The translations under genes and the position numbers were made by a program. A stretch of DNA of 64,000 nucleotides from the human T2T-CHM13v2.0 reference genome, Homo sapiens, in assembly GCF_009914755.1 (NCBI RefSeq), contig NC_060926.1; one strand, written 5' to 3'. Shown in pieces: positions 49,745 through 63,060 of this stretch. The number at the start of each line of letters is the position of its first letter. The stretch's first letter is position 1. The notes beneath the pieces are model-generated. The model made no database searches. It had not been told where the DNA came from and saw nothing but the letters and a program-made list of their open reading frames with translations.

Positions 49745-50899
49745 GGAGGGCAGGCAGGTGAGGTGCATAAAGGCCCTGTGATGGACACAGACTCCAGTAC
49801 TGCTAGTCCTGGATGACTGTGTAGTCATTTCATCTCTTTATGACCCAAGTTATTGAAGGATAAGAACAACCACCAGCTGTTGCTGGACCCTCTTGTGAAA
49901 GCAAGCTGAAAAACCAAGACAGCAAGATGCTTTACAAAGACATTGTAGAGAAATGCTTCAAAACGTGTACATCCAGAGGTTTCCAGTCCCCTAAGCAAGG
50001 ATTTCCAGGCCATTTGCACTCTCAGCTGAACATAGAGCATCTGCAAGTAGGAGAGAGACAAGCTCTGCTGGGTCTTTAACCAGGCATTTATCTTGACAAT
50101 TGACTCTATGCCCTCTGCCCCTTAGCACTTTGGTTTTGCTGTTTTATGTCAGTGTGCCTTTTCCCACCTCAAGCAGACCATGTGCCACTAGAATGAAGGG
50201 GGCTATGTCTTATGTTTGGTAACCCCTTTTAGTACCATACCTAACCTAAGTATTAGTACTGTTTCAGAATGAAACAGTGGAAGTTTCCAGAGTCACAGGC
50301 CTGGGCCTGAATCCACCAATGCCTTTGGTAGAAATCTGGATTTCTATGCCCTGAGTTTTCTAAAAGTGAGTCTGAAATTCTCTGTTGTACTCTCTACTAC
50401 AAAAAGGTTATAGGCGTGATATTCTTTGCCGTGTCCTAGAACCCTCAAAACAAACATTTTAGGGGACAGGATTGCCTTTTCAGGCAGAACCTCTGTTGAG
50501 GGAAAATGGCAGTTAGGTTTGTTCCCATTTCCTTCTAAAGAGAACCAACAACATTGTCATCTATTTGAATGATGTTAAACAGTTTACAAAGAATTTTTAC
50601 GTATATTCTCTCTCCACGGCCCCTCTGAATCTCTGAGCGGGTGGCAGGGTAGCTGCCATCAGTCCTGCTTCACATATACGACTCATCTTAAGCCAGTGAC
50701 TTAATCAGCTGTGTCCTCCCATCTAAGAACCAAGGTCTCCTGGTAGCTAACCATTCCCTTGCCTCAATTCTGTGTTACTGGAGACTTGCCTCAGGCCACA
50801 CAGGCCAGAAGACTTCTCAAGTCTTGGAAGGAAGCCCCCAACTCATAGCTCAGCACACATCTTCTCAAAACATAATAAAAGAGGAACTGAATAGAATGG

Positions 50900-51125
50900 A
50901 AATTTCAGTGAAGAAGACCTAAGTTTGAATCTCACACCTGCTGTTCCTGGCTGTATGACTGGGTAAGTTAACTTCTCTGGAACTCGGTGTTCTCTATCTA
51001 TAAAAATGGGGATAGTAATATTTTCTTCAAGGGGGTTTTGTGAGGATTAAAAGAGACAACATAAATGAAAGCACATAGCTTGGGGGGAAACCTAATGGAT
51101 GCTTTATAAGTATTTATCAAATTGG
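50900..51125 (+). mobile_element. MIR
   Basis: 'agacctaagtttgaatctc...ctataaaaatggggatagtaata...tgtgaggattaaa'. Confidence 0.8.
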
Positions 51126-52009
51126 AATAGAGGAAAAAGAGGGGCCTTCCTGCCCTAAAATGTCTTCCTCCATACACCTGTAACATCACAGTATTAGAAA
51201 GGCCTTCCTTTGGGGGTAAAGGCTCATCTTCTTCAAGAGTGTTAACAATGATTAGGCATGCACAGTTTAAGGATGTCTTGCAGCAGATTTTTAAAAAGAG
51301 GTGAGAGTAGGAGAAACTCCAGGGTACAGGAGACCTAGAGAGGATGCCGGGTGACAATCTCTACTTACAGTAATGTGGGTAACACTATGCATCTTAAATA
51401 AGCACAATGTTGACATAACACTTATCTGCATTAGCATGTTTCAGATCAAGCACTTCAGATGCCTTCTCTACACTTGTAAAATCATCATGGTCATAGACCA
51501 TAGGAACTGCAAATGGCCTTAGAGATCACTCTATCCCATCTCATTTAAAAATGACAAATCTGAGGCCCATAAAGTAGAACATTTTATAGTTCTGGGGAGA
51601 ACCATAAGAACTATAAGAAAATGCTGAATTCTGATGCTGCCTGGGAAACAAGTGTTAATATTCACATCCAACTGCTTAGAGAGAGAATGACTCACCATCA
51701 GTTCACACTTCCCTGGGACCACATGCTACCCAAGCCTAGGAGCTGAAGGGGCTGATAAGGAAGGTCAGTGCCATGTCACAGGTGGAAGCTTAGATGCAGC
51801 AGGACTGCAAGGAAGGGCACAGTCTTCCTGACATCCAGCTTCTCTCTGTACAATGCTAGCATCAAGAGAAAGATTCAGCAAAAGCTCATTCTCTGACCAC
51901 ATGTCTTTTGCTTTAGTAAATGGTGGCTTGACTGAGTTCAACCAATCTCTCCCTAACCCAGTCAACCGGCTTTCTATGTACAACCATGGTCCTAACCATG
52001 CCCTTTGAG

Positions 52010-52418
52010 GCACACCCTATTACTCTCTTGCAAATATTCAGTCTTACCTACTACCTGCACCCCCACCATGGAAGGATGTGGTTTCCTGTCCACTGATGTT
52101 GGCCTTGGCTTCAAGATTTCCTTTGCTGATTGGAATGTGTGCAGAAGGGGCAATGTGGCAGTTTCAAGAGGCTCTCAGAGCTCTCTTGCACTAGTTTCCT
52201 CCAATCTGAGAATATTCAGCTCACATAGGAGATGCCCTTTCATCTTGAATCACAGGATGGGAAGATGCATGGAGCAGATCTGAATCTACTGACAGCCTGA
52301 AGAAGAGCAGCAGCCATCCCACTGCACCAACAAGCAACATCAATAATAAAGTTGTTGGAAAGTATCAAGAATTTGAGGTTATTCACGCAGCATAACCAAG
52401 TGAAAACTGTCCACTATA
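52010..52418 (+). mobile_element. Old MLT1 (I/J-like) LTR
   Basis: 'tccactgatgttggccttggc...gaagatgcatggagcaga...aataaagttgtt...cacgcagcataa'. Confidence 0.6.
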
Positions 52419-52489
52419 CTCTTCATCTGTTGGACTGTGATTTCTGAATGAAGGGTAGTTCCACTGTCCCCTCTAATAATTGCTTCTAA

Positions 52490-52700
52490 TCACTTATCTG
52501 CACTAAACCCTGTGCTAAGCACTTTACAATCAATCAGCCCATTGGACCCTCACAATGAGCAATTATTAAGGTATTACTGTCCCTGTTCTATAGAGAAAAT
52601 CTGAAGGCTGAGAGCTGAAGGGATTGGTCACATGATTGGTAAGTGGCAGACCTAAGACTTGACACCATGACCACCCACGCTAGAGCCCAGACTGTCCCCA
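52490..52700 (-). mobile_element. MIR
   Basis: 'ctgtgctaagcactttaca...tatagagaaaatctgaaggctgagag...gtaagtggcaga'. Confidence 0.7.
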
Positions 52701-53789
52701 CACTCCAGACTGACTCTACGCACATTAATGCAATGAGAATGCATCTTCTTCCCTGCTCCCACACACATACTTCCCAACTGTGTATAATACTTCTTCCTTT
52801 TAAGTAAGCTTGTGGTAGAGGGGGGAGAATGACTTGTGGATACTCAGAATGATCTAAGCACCCACTAGTCCATTTTTTTAAAACATGCTGAATTTTGAGC
52901 CTTTCCAAGGTTGACTTGGTCAATTCCATTGTGCCCAGAGCCTGGCCAACCCAGCTTTATAAAGTCCTCCAGCCCATTCCCCATTAGGGCACAGTACTGC
53001 CTTGCGCTGGCCATAATGTTTCCCTCCTTGATTTATGGGGCCATCTATTCTGGGCCACTCTTGATGTGCTGTTGTCGCCCCTGCTGCCTGACAGCTTTAG
53101 GGATTCTTCTCAGGCCATAATTCTTGAATATTTCCACCCCTCCCCTTCCCTGGCCCTGGGATTTCAGCCACTTTCCATTCAGAAAAAGATTGCTCCATTT
53201 ATTCTCAGCTTCATGGTCCTTTTTACATTTATCTACTGCTCAGCTGCCTTCCTGATCAGGTATTTAAAGATAAGCCCATCTGCTTCTGATGAGTGACCCT
53301 GCTCCTTTTTCTCATTGCTCTGACTTTCTGCCATGCAGCCTCAATATCATTTTATATGTTCACCAGCTCCCAATTCATTCCATTATTCTTTTCTTCTTAT
53401 CAAATAAGAAAATGGATGTGGAAGGGCCAGGGAAACTATAAAGAGGTGTATAAATATTAGTTCTTTGTGTTATTGTTATTGTTGTTATAACTAACAACCT
53501 CCCGAATTTGATTCTAAGTGGCAAAATGTTAACTTTCACTGTGGGGAATGTTCCAGGATTCTTTCTCAGCTTGGCAACCAAACACCAAGGTTTAGGTCCT
53601 GTTCAGGTCTGAATTCCCTGGTATACAATCCTGCCTCTAATAAGCAGACTGCAGCACAGGCTTCCAGATGACTCAGTTACGTAGATTACTGTTTCCATAA
53701 TATCTGTAATAATAGAAATTAGCTTGTTTAAATGAATGGAACTTACTGAATTTCAAGAACAGTGGCTCAAGAAGTTTCTTCTATGGGGA

Positions 53790-53985
53790 AAAGCATGGAG
53801 CTGACAGAGCTGGGTTCAAATCCCAGTTCTGACATTTACAAGCAGAATGACCTTGAGCAAGGTAAACTCTGAACCTCCATTTCCTCATTTAAAGTCTCTT
53901 ATGGACTGATATGAGGACAAAATTCAGTAGTTCTACAAAAACCCTTAGCAGAGTGCTTGGCACATGACAGTCACCCAATATAAGC
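53790..53985 (+). mobile_element. MIR
   Basis: 'gctgggttcaaatcccagttctg...tgaccttgagcaag...cttagcagagtgcttggcacat'. Confidence 0.8.
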
Positions 53986-54294
53986 ATGTAACTGGTGATA
54001 CGAATGAAGAAATGGAAAACTAGAAGTCACTGCAAATAATTTAAGTGCTCATAAACTTTCAAGTTGAAAGGGGTGTCAAGGACCCAAACCCTTTTCTTAT
54101 AATAGAAAATGATCAAGAAACCCAGAGAGAACTTGGCTGTCCTCATCTGCAAACTCTGAGGGCAGGGGCCATGTCTGTTTCCTTCACAGTGCCTGGCTCA
54201 TGGTAGCCCCCAATGAATATTTGTTGCTGTTGTGGATGGTGGTGTTAAACCCAGGGGAGGCAACATAGCATGGGGGCTAAGGGCAGGTGTTTGG

Positions 54295-54445
54295 GGATCC
54301 AGGAGTCCTGAGCTCCTGCTCCACAACTGAACAGTGAGATACTTGGGCAAGGGACAACCTCTCTAAGCCTCTGTGAAATGGGAAAAGCAATACTATCCCC
54401 CACGTGGCATTGCTGGGAGGGCTACATGAGAAATGGAGGTTAAGC
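54295..54445 (+). mobile_element. MIR
   Basis: 'cttgggcaagggacaacctctctaagcctctgtgaaatggg'. Confidence 0.6.
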
Positions 54446-54807
54446 CTGACTTTTGCAGGGGAGAAAACATTCAACAAAGTGTTAGCTCTCACAACTACCA
54501 ATAACCTGGGGAGGGGGAGCAGGGAAAAAAACTATCAATAACTTATCTAAGATAACTTAGTAAATTAGTGGGGACCAGCAAAACCCCAAGCAGAATGACT
54601 TCAAGTCCAGGATAATTTCTTCTAGTACAGAAAAACTAAATTTTAAAAATCAGGGTGATATCATTCTATTAATGTTTCATTCTTACTTCTAAAGCACCTT
54701 TTTGAATGCAGTATTCTGTGATTCTGGACTCCCTTTTAATTCTCAACTATTTTGCTTTTCTAGGAGGATGACGGGAACATACTAGTATCCGTGAGAATGT
54801 GATGCTT

Positions 54808-54810
<3 letters not shown>

Positions 54811-54842
<32 letters not shown>
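54811..54842. repeat. (AC)n microsatellite
   Basis: Pure AC run. Confidence 0.97.
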
Positions 54843-54844
<2 letters not shown>

Positions 54845-54960
54845 CGACATACTCCTCTTAAATGCACTTGGTGGTCAATATCTCCTATAGAGAGATGTAG
54901 CATTTGTTTAACAATCAATGGGAACCATAAAAAGCCCCATGTTTCCATCAGTGGTAAAAC

Positions 54961-55004
54961 CTCCATATGTCAAGTCATGTGCTCCATATGTCAAGTCATG
55001 TGCT
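54961..55004. repeat. Perfect 21-bp tandem duplication
   Basis: ctccatatgtcaagtcatgtg x2. Confidence 0.97.
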
Positions 55005-56304
55005 TCCTTTCTGAAGACTTAATATCAAGGTGTCATCATTATCCATAATGTGCTTTTGAATCAGGTCTTAAAACTTAATGTAGCTTTTATGCCTGGAGAT
55101 AAGGCAGGATTTGGATTTGGCAAGTTACACACAAGGGCCGCTGGTTGATCCTAATTCTCTAGAATGATGTAAAACCTTAATTAGCTCTGAAAGTTGTTAC
55201 TTGGGATGACCTCCTCCCCGGCACTCTGCACTGTGGAGGGGTGACAACTTGGGAAGGCAGACCACACTGCAGTGCACTGGGATTCCATTAGAAAGTCTTT
55301 TTTCATTCCAAAAGACATTGAGAGTGAACAAAGGTTAAAACACAGAGCTTTTCTTTAAAGGAGAATGGGCAATGAGCTGAAAGTTTAAGACTGAAAGGCT
55401 TGGCAGAGAGACAAGAATTGAGGCTGGAAGCAGGAAGCTGCAGCTCCAGGGATCCCTGGTCTGTGGCTGTGAGCCTGGCTATACCATGGTCCAGCACCAG
55501 AATGCCTTAACAACACCAATGCCTTCAGAAACCCACAGAAAGGAAACAATGCAGAAAGGAATTCATGGTCTTTTAAATGAGTGTTGCATGATTGGCCATA
55601 GTTTATTATTTTATTCCTTCTAGATGATATGTGCCTTTTAGTAGTCCTTCCAGTGGCTTAATTCAGGAGATCCCTAGCCATCTCAATTCAACAGTTCATT
55701 GTGAGCCTCCATCTGCTTAATTACCATCTTATTGGCCAGTTTATCTGCTCTCCTAGGTCATTTCTTTTGGCCGATGTGTTTTTGAAAAGAGGACCACAGG
55801 AGTGAGATACTGGCTGTCCAGTATTCTCAGTGGCTTGGGGTGAAGAAAGAGGGTAGGCTACAGGTTATGGGTCTGTGTTTTTCCCTGGTCTTCCCTACAT
55901 TCCCCACAACCTGTGTTTGATGACAGACCATTCTGACACAGCTCTCTCCATCCTGAAGTAAGGGAAACTTACTGAATGTGTCCCTAGGATCCATGAACTG
56001 TTTCCTGCAATGGGAGAGTAGGTATGGTAGTGTGGGTGCAGGGAGACAAACTGCCACAGAAGCTGCAGGACAAAAAGAGCTCCTACAAGGCAGGGGTCAC
56101 AAGCTCTTGGGGAGCACAAAGCCCTTGTGTGGAAGCAGGGAGCCGGGCTGCAGAGGGAATGCGTCTTAGAGGAGTTGACATTTGAGTGGAGACTTAAGGT
56201 ACGAAGAACATTTGCCAGGATGAAAAAGAATACAAAGGGTACCCCCGACCCCCAAGAGGGAATGTCTTGACAAAAGCACAGAGCTGGGAGGGCAGATTTT
56301 GTGC

Positions 56305-56665
56305 TGTTACGGGCTGAGTCGCGTTCATTCATCTGTTGAAGCCCTAATCCCCAATGTGACTGCATTTGGAGATCCAGCCTTTAAATAGGTAATTAAGGTT
56401 AAATGAGGTCAATAAGGGTGGGGCTCTAATCTAACAGGATTCACATCCTTATAAGAAGAGGAAGAGACAAAGAGAAAAGGCTCTGCAAGGACAAGGAGAG
56501 AAGACAGCCACCTGCAAATCAAGGAGAGAGGTCTCAGGAGAAACCCACCCTGTGGCACCTTAACCTTGGACTTCTAGCCTCAAGAACTGTGAGAAAATAA
56601 ATTTCTGCTGCTTAAGCTTCCCATTCTGTAGGATTTTCTGATGGCAGCTCTAGCAAGCTAAGACA
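56305..56665 (+). mobile_element. MLT1B MaLR solo LTR
   Basis: 'tgttacgggctga...ggtaattaaggttaaatgaggtc...ccttataagaagagga...aactgtgagaaaataaatttctg...gctaagaca'. Confidence 0.9.
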
Positions 56666-56673
56666 AGTGTGGA

Positions 56674-56785
56674 GCACCTCCACATGATCCCATTGGACAA
56701 TAAAAGTTCATTGTAAGAAGAATAAAATCTCCATCACGCACCTCCACATGATCCCATTGGACAGTAAAAGTTCATTGTAAGAAGA
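56674..56785. repeat. 48-bp direct repeat with a 16-bp spacer
   Basis: gcacctccacatgatcccattggaca(a/g)taaaagttcattgtaagaaga at 56674-56721 and 56738-56785. Confidence 0.97.
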
Positions 56786-57003
56786 TGCTCAGCTTGGGTT
56801 TTTCATTACCTCACACAGGCAGGTTTCTGTATTGTGTAAATACATGGAAATATTGGGAAGAATACACACCAAACTATTAACACAGGTTACCTCTAGTGAA
56901 GGAGAAAGAGCCTAGGTTGATGTTTTGAGCAAAGCGGAGCTTAGATATAGATAGACATAGATGTAAATAGAGATCTACAATCCACCTTTAAAAAGTTAGC
57001 AGA

Positions 57004-57405
<402 letters not shown>

Positions 57406-59008
57406 TTAAAAACAATTGTAAAGAGGAAGGGAAGGGTGCATTTGTTCTGTTACCAGGGACATCAGAGTGGGAGGTGGTGGGGTGGGGGCCCCAGGGAGGA
57501 TTCTCTTGGGAGGCTTTTCAGCAGGATTTCCCTGATGGCTCCTCCCTCCACCAGTCAGCAGTGTGGCACTGTGAGACAGGGTGCTAAAGCCTCAAGACCT
57601 CCTCTCTCATTCAGTTACCCTGGGATTTGGTGATTAAATCTCTCCTCCTTCTACCTAGGACTTTTTATAATTGTGTAACTCAATCCTATTCCCTTCAGCC
57701 TTCCCTTTCTCTCAAGGAAGAGCCCTTACCCTTCTCAGGCTTTCCTCAAATGTCCATGCCCCTCCTGTACCCTGCCCTTCTCCCTGGGTACGGTGAGAGT
57801 CCTTCTTGTGGCCCATGTTATATTTCCTCAGTAGCAGGAGCCAAACAGCCTCCCCCTAGTTCTAGCCCAGTGTGCAGGCTTGTGCTATAGAGAGAGGTGG
57901 AAAGGGGAAAGAGAAGATGAAAGAAAAGCAGTCATATCCAAAGGCAAAATTATGAGCTTGAAGTCAGACAGAAGTGAAAATGAAGTTGGAGGATGGAAGG
58001 AGTAAAGGCAAGACTAGAAGAAGAGAAAAGGGAAAGGGAAGAATAAAAGAAAGAGGGAGGGTGAAGAGAAAGGACAGCAGGTGACACAGTTCCATGGCCT
58101 CAGGGCCTCTCTTTCCTGCCACCTTCCCCAGCCCCAGGCAGCCTAGAGCTGTCCATAGCAGGCCTGTCTGATTTTTTCGGTGAACCCATTCTGAATTCTT
58201 CTTCCAAGTTTTAGGTTTGAAAATACGGGGAAAGGCCACATTCCTAAACAAAAATAGAAGAAAGGGTTTGTTTGAAACTGATCAAATGCGATTAAGGGAG
58301 AGTACCCAACTCACATCCCTTTGATTAACCTTTATCTGGAGAGAAGTGATTGGTGATTAAGAATTAGATGAGGTGACTAATTATATCAGGAATCTGCCTT
58401 CGAAGAAATCTCAGCACCAGAGAAAAAGCTGATAAAAAACAATCATGGCTGTAATGGTGCCTTTTAAGGATAATAATTAACCTGTAATAACAATTTTGGC
58501 CTCAACTTAAGCCCTGTAAAATAATCCTTTTTCATTAACTTCAAGTTCAATTAACATCAATAATGAGTGCTCATTTAGAAGTAACCGCCACATCAAGCTC
58601 CCTGATGGCTGAGCTCGGGCAGCTCAGCTTCCACTGAAAGACCAGCAGCCCTTGCCACAGGACTGAATGTCCCCAACATGGTAAGCTTTGGGTGTACCCA
58701 TTACAAAACAAGGAAGAATGTGATGTTCAGAAAGAGAGAAGCTTCAGATGGCACCGAAGTTTACAGTGAGGAAGAAGAGGAGGAACAGAAGAAAAGGGTG
58801 GGGAGGAGAGAAGCCACCACCACCACCTCTGGTGGTCTACTAATCTCAGTGTTTGATATCCATCTGTAACTCCAAAAATTAAAGATGATGTGACTACCTG
58901 GCAGGCACTTCCTCCTTCCTTCTTGCTCACAGAGCCTCTGCTTTTTTTCAGATTTGGGGCTTCTAGGTACTTCAGGGGCCTGGGAGATGATTGCTGAATA
59001 GTTCAAAT

Positions 59009-59176
59009 CAATGCATTTCAATGTGTGGCCCCAGGACCGGCAGGTTTTGTTAGAACTGCAAATTCTCAGGCCCTACCCCCGACCTACTGAATGAGAAACT
59101 CTGGGGATGGGGCCCAGCAATGCCTGTGTTAACAAACCCTCCAGTGACTCTGATGTGCACTCGAGCTTGAGACTAT
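59009..59176 (+). mobile_element. MER5A
   Basis: 'ttgttagaactgcaaattctcaggccctacccccgacctactgaatgagaaactctggggatggggcccagcaat'. Confidence 0.9.
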
Positions 59177-59299
59177 GAATTGTGTTCTTTTCTCTAGTGA
59201 TTGACTTTGGCATCGTGTGAGGCAGCCCCAGCAAATGGGACAAAGAAGGAAATCCAGTGAGGGCCTTCGGGAAAGATTTTTGTTCTCCAAAGACCCTTG

Positions 59300-60004
<705 letters not shown>

Positions 60005-60932
60005 CTAAAATCCTCACTATTAGCCACTCTTCTCTGAAAGGCTGACCTGACCTGAGAGCATTTTAAGGGGCTCTGGCCCACGCCAATTTCCCTGTCTTGC
60101 CCAGATGAATGGGCTTTGGAAAGCACACACAGATCTATCCTGAGAGTAGGCCAGTTCATGCATTCTTTCATTTATCATTAAATAGATCTCAGGGGAAGAG
60201 AAAAGAGAGTAGAGAATCTGCATGGGGTACCACCTGAGCAGTGTCAATGGAGATGGGCCACCTAACAGGGAGCCCTGGACACTCAAGGGTTTTAGACCAG
60301 GCAGTGACCATATAGTGGACCAGGGCAGGTTGCCAAGGCTGCATATCAAGCTGTCACTTTGTATACCAGGGAACTCCTTGGCTTCTTAAGCAGGGTCGCT
60401 GCCTCCTCTTCTGGCTTCCTCACTCCTTTCTCCTTAGCCCCTATTTCCTAAATAGGCAAAACGTAAGCACACTCATTTTTATTTTAAGGAAATTTCAATT
60501 TAGCCACTTCAAAATAATTTTTTCTGGCACCCACTGTGGTGCCTTGCACAGAGTGGGTACTTCACTCAATGTCTATCCGCAGTCAAAATGACAGTCAGAA
60601 GCAGTAACCAGCAAACATGGGCCATCTACACGCCCTTGACTGGGCTTCACAGAAAGGCAATGAAACGTGCACAGGACACTGTGAGAGATGAAGGACTTGA
60701 CGCTCTGCTGCTTCATCACTCTCCTCATCCTTTAACCCCTCCACCTCAAGAGAGAGACATGTAAGAAGAAAGGAGCACATCCCACTATGAGAGGTAGAGA
60801 ACAAGAGAAAAGAAATCAAGAAGGAGTGAGGGACAAGGGAAGTGAGTGACAGACGAGGAGTAGATAGATATGAGAGCCACTCGATTTTCATCCTACTCCA
60901 CAGGCTTCCAGAAAATCACAGCTGAATGTCTT

Positions 60933-61000
<68 letters not shown>
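60933..61000. repeat. Compound (GAAA)n(GA)n(GCAA)n microsatellite
   Basis: Directly visible. Confidence 0.95.
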
Positions 61001-61059
61001 TTTTCCTCATAGCAGGGGTGAGAAGAAAGCACAGATTTGGAACGAGGAGGGGATCCTCA

Positions 61060-61245
61060 GGCTTAGAAACCTAAGATCAAATCCCAGTTCAGCCACTTAT
61101 GAGTCATTTGACCTAGGCAAGTCACTTAACCCCACAGAGCCTCATTTGTGAAACAGAGATAAAACTATCTGTCTCTTGCAGCTGTGAAGATTAGATGAGA
61201 ATGTCTGTAAAGTGCCTGGCATGTAATAGATGTTCAATAAACTTC
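61060..61245 (+). mobile_element. MIR
   Basis: 'caaatcccagttcagccactta...tgacctaggcaagtcacttaac...tgtaaagtgcctggcatgtaatagatgttcaataaa'. Confidence 0.88.
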
Positions 61246-62034
61246 AGTGCCACATTTCTCTTCTCTCCAATCCCCCTTCTCATCATTGCCTTATCTGAGG
61301 TCATGTCTGATATTCTCTCTGGCAGGTAATTCTTGAGCATGTCTCAGCAAATTGCTTGCAAATTTTTCCCTTTGAAGAGGAGGACAAAGAGGATTAAACT
61401 AAAGAAAATTCAGCTTCTGAGTGTTGCACCCGCTGTTTATGCTAACTCAGTTCAAACTACAAAGGCAAGCTTGGTGCCAGGGAAGGAGTCCCAGCTTCAA
61501 GCCCACCCACCAGGTCTGAAAACCCTACTTTATCTGATTGCATTATTGGCCAAGCCGCTCATCTCTCATTGAGAATCAGTGCTTTACTTAAGAAAAGCTG
61601 CAAATCAAACAACAGGGCTGTCCAGGGAACTGAGAATTTAGCTCCTTAAACATTTCCTCCTATAAATATAAATTGTTGCTTTCCTCTAAAGAAAGCCTCT
61701 CTCCCTGTGATCTATGAAGGATTGGAGAGGGGGTCAGGAAGATCGCCGTATCTTCTGGTGAACATTCTCGATCACCTTAATCCCTTCACTGACAGTCTTC
61801 TGATCTGAAAGAAATAGTTTATTGTGTTCCTCAGTTTACAAAGAATTAGGGGTAGGGGGTGTGGATCAACAGGAAGAACAGAACACAAAATTCATCAGGG
61901 AAGCAGAGGGGAGGGGGAAAGAGAGAATTACTTTGAATACAGTTGCATAATCCATAATTCAGCAAGCTTTTCATTTCTCTTATCTTCCAAAAAGACATGA
62001 AATTAAGTTCTAAGCAAAGCACATAATTTATGAG

Positions 62035-62790
62035 AAGTCTCTGTGCTGATGACTCCCAAATCCCCATGCCCAGCCCTGACTTCTTACATGAGTTCTAGTG
62101 CCATGTTTCCAGCTAGCAGGACACAGCTGCTTGGAGTTGGGCTATCATCTCGGCTCCCCAGGTGCAAATTGAACTCAACTCTTCCTCCCCAATGTTTTTT
62201 CTTCCCAAATTCTTTTCTATCAAATGACCCATTATTATTCTAATCTTGCTGGCAAAAAGTGCTAGAAAGCTTGAATTTCTCTTTTTCGGCCCCTTGTGCC
62301 AAGGCCTGTGAAGTTTTTCTGAAGCCATCCTCTTCTCCATCATCCTGCTGAATCTGCATCTTTCCAAATCTTCCCTCTCCTCCACCCCAGATTCCTGACC
62401 CCAGTCCCTACATGCTAATCCAGACCACACACCATTGCCAGTTTCATCTTCCTAAAATGCTATTTACATCAGGCCTTTGATGGCTGCCTGTTTCCTGCTG
62501 CAAGAAAGTCAAACACCCTCTGCTTGCTCTCCAAGGTCCTGGCCCCATCCTGCCCATCCAACTGTACTTACCGACATAAAATCTCTTCTCCAAACTGAGA
62601 GGGCCCAGTAGAGCATGAGGCTCATTTTAGGCACTACAGGAAGACAAACTGGACTGACCTTGTGCTCCATACTCTGTGGTCCCCACCTGGAACGCTATTC
62701 CTCTTTCATCCTGACTATTCCAAACCCTACTCCTCCAAAACCCATCAAGCTTCAGCTCCATCAGGAAGCCTGTACTCACCAATCCTACTC
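62035..62790 (+). mobile_element. L2 fragment including a degenerate RT YADD region
   Basis: 'tgtgctgatgactcccaaatc...ccagccctgac', 'catcttcctaaaatgc', 'ctccatcaggaagcct'. Confidence 0.7.
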
Positions 62791-62869
62791 ACTGTTCTTT
62801 GCCCGAAGACATTTAGCTCTTAAGCTCACACCATCTAGTATTATTTTAAAGTATGTAGTATAATGCTCA

Positions 62870-63060
62870 CAGTGCTTTTGATTTTACAGTGCACTAACCT
62901 ATGCATATAATCTTATCTGATCCCCTCAACCTGGTGGGGTTGGTATCATCCCTGCACTTAACTAGGACCCAGAGAGTTTAAATGAAGATCATGAAACTAA
63001 CTGATGATGGTGTCAAGTCTTGAATCCCCAAATGCTGACTCAAAATCCTATATTTTTTGT
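62870..63060 (-). mobile_element. MIR-family fragment
   Basis: 'ttacagtgcact...atataatcttatctgatcccctcaacc...cttgaatccc...ctgactc'. Confidence 0.55.

Noticed and set aside
56674-56785. Repeat-spacer-repeat pattern resembling a CRISPR array
   Set aside because: Only two copies, primate genomic context and no cas genes; it is a local duplication
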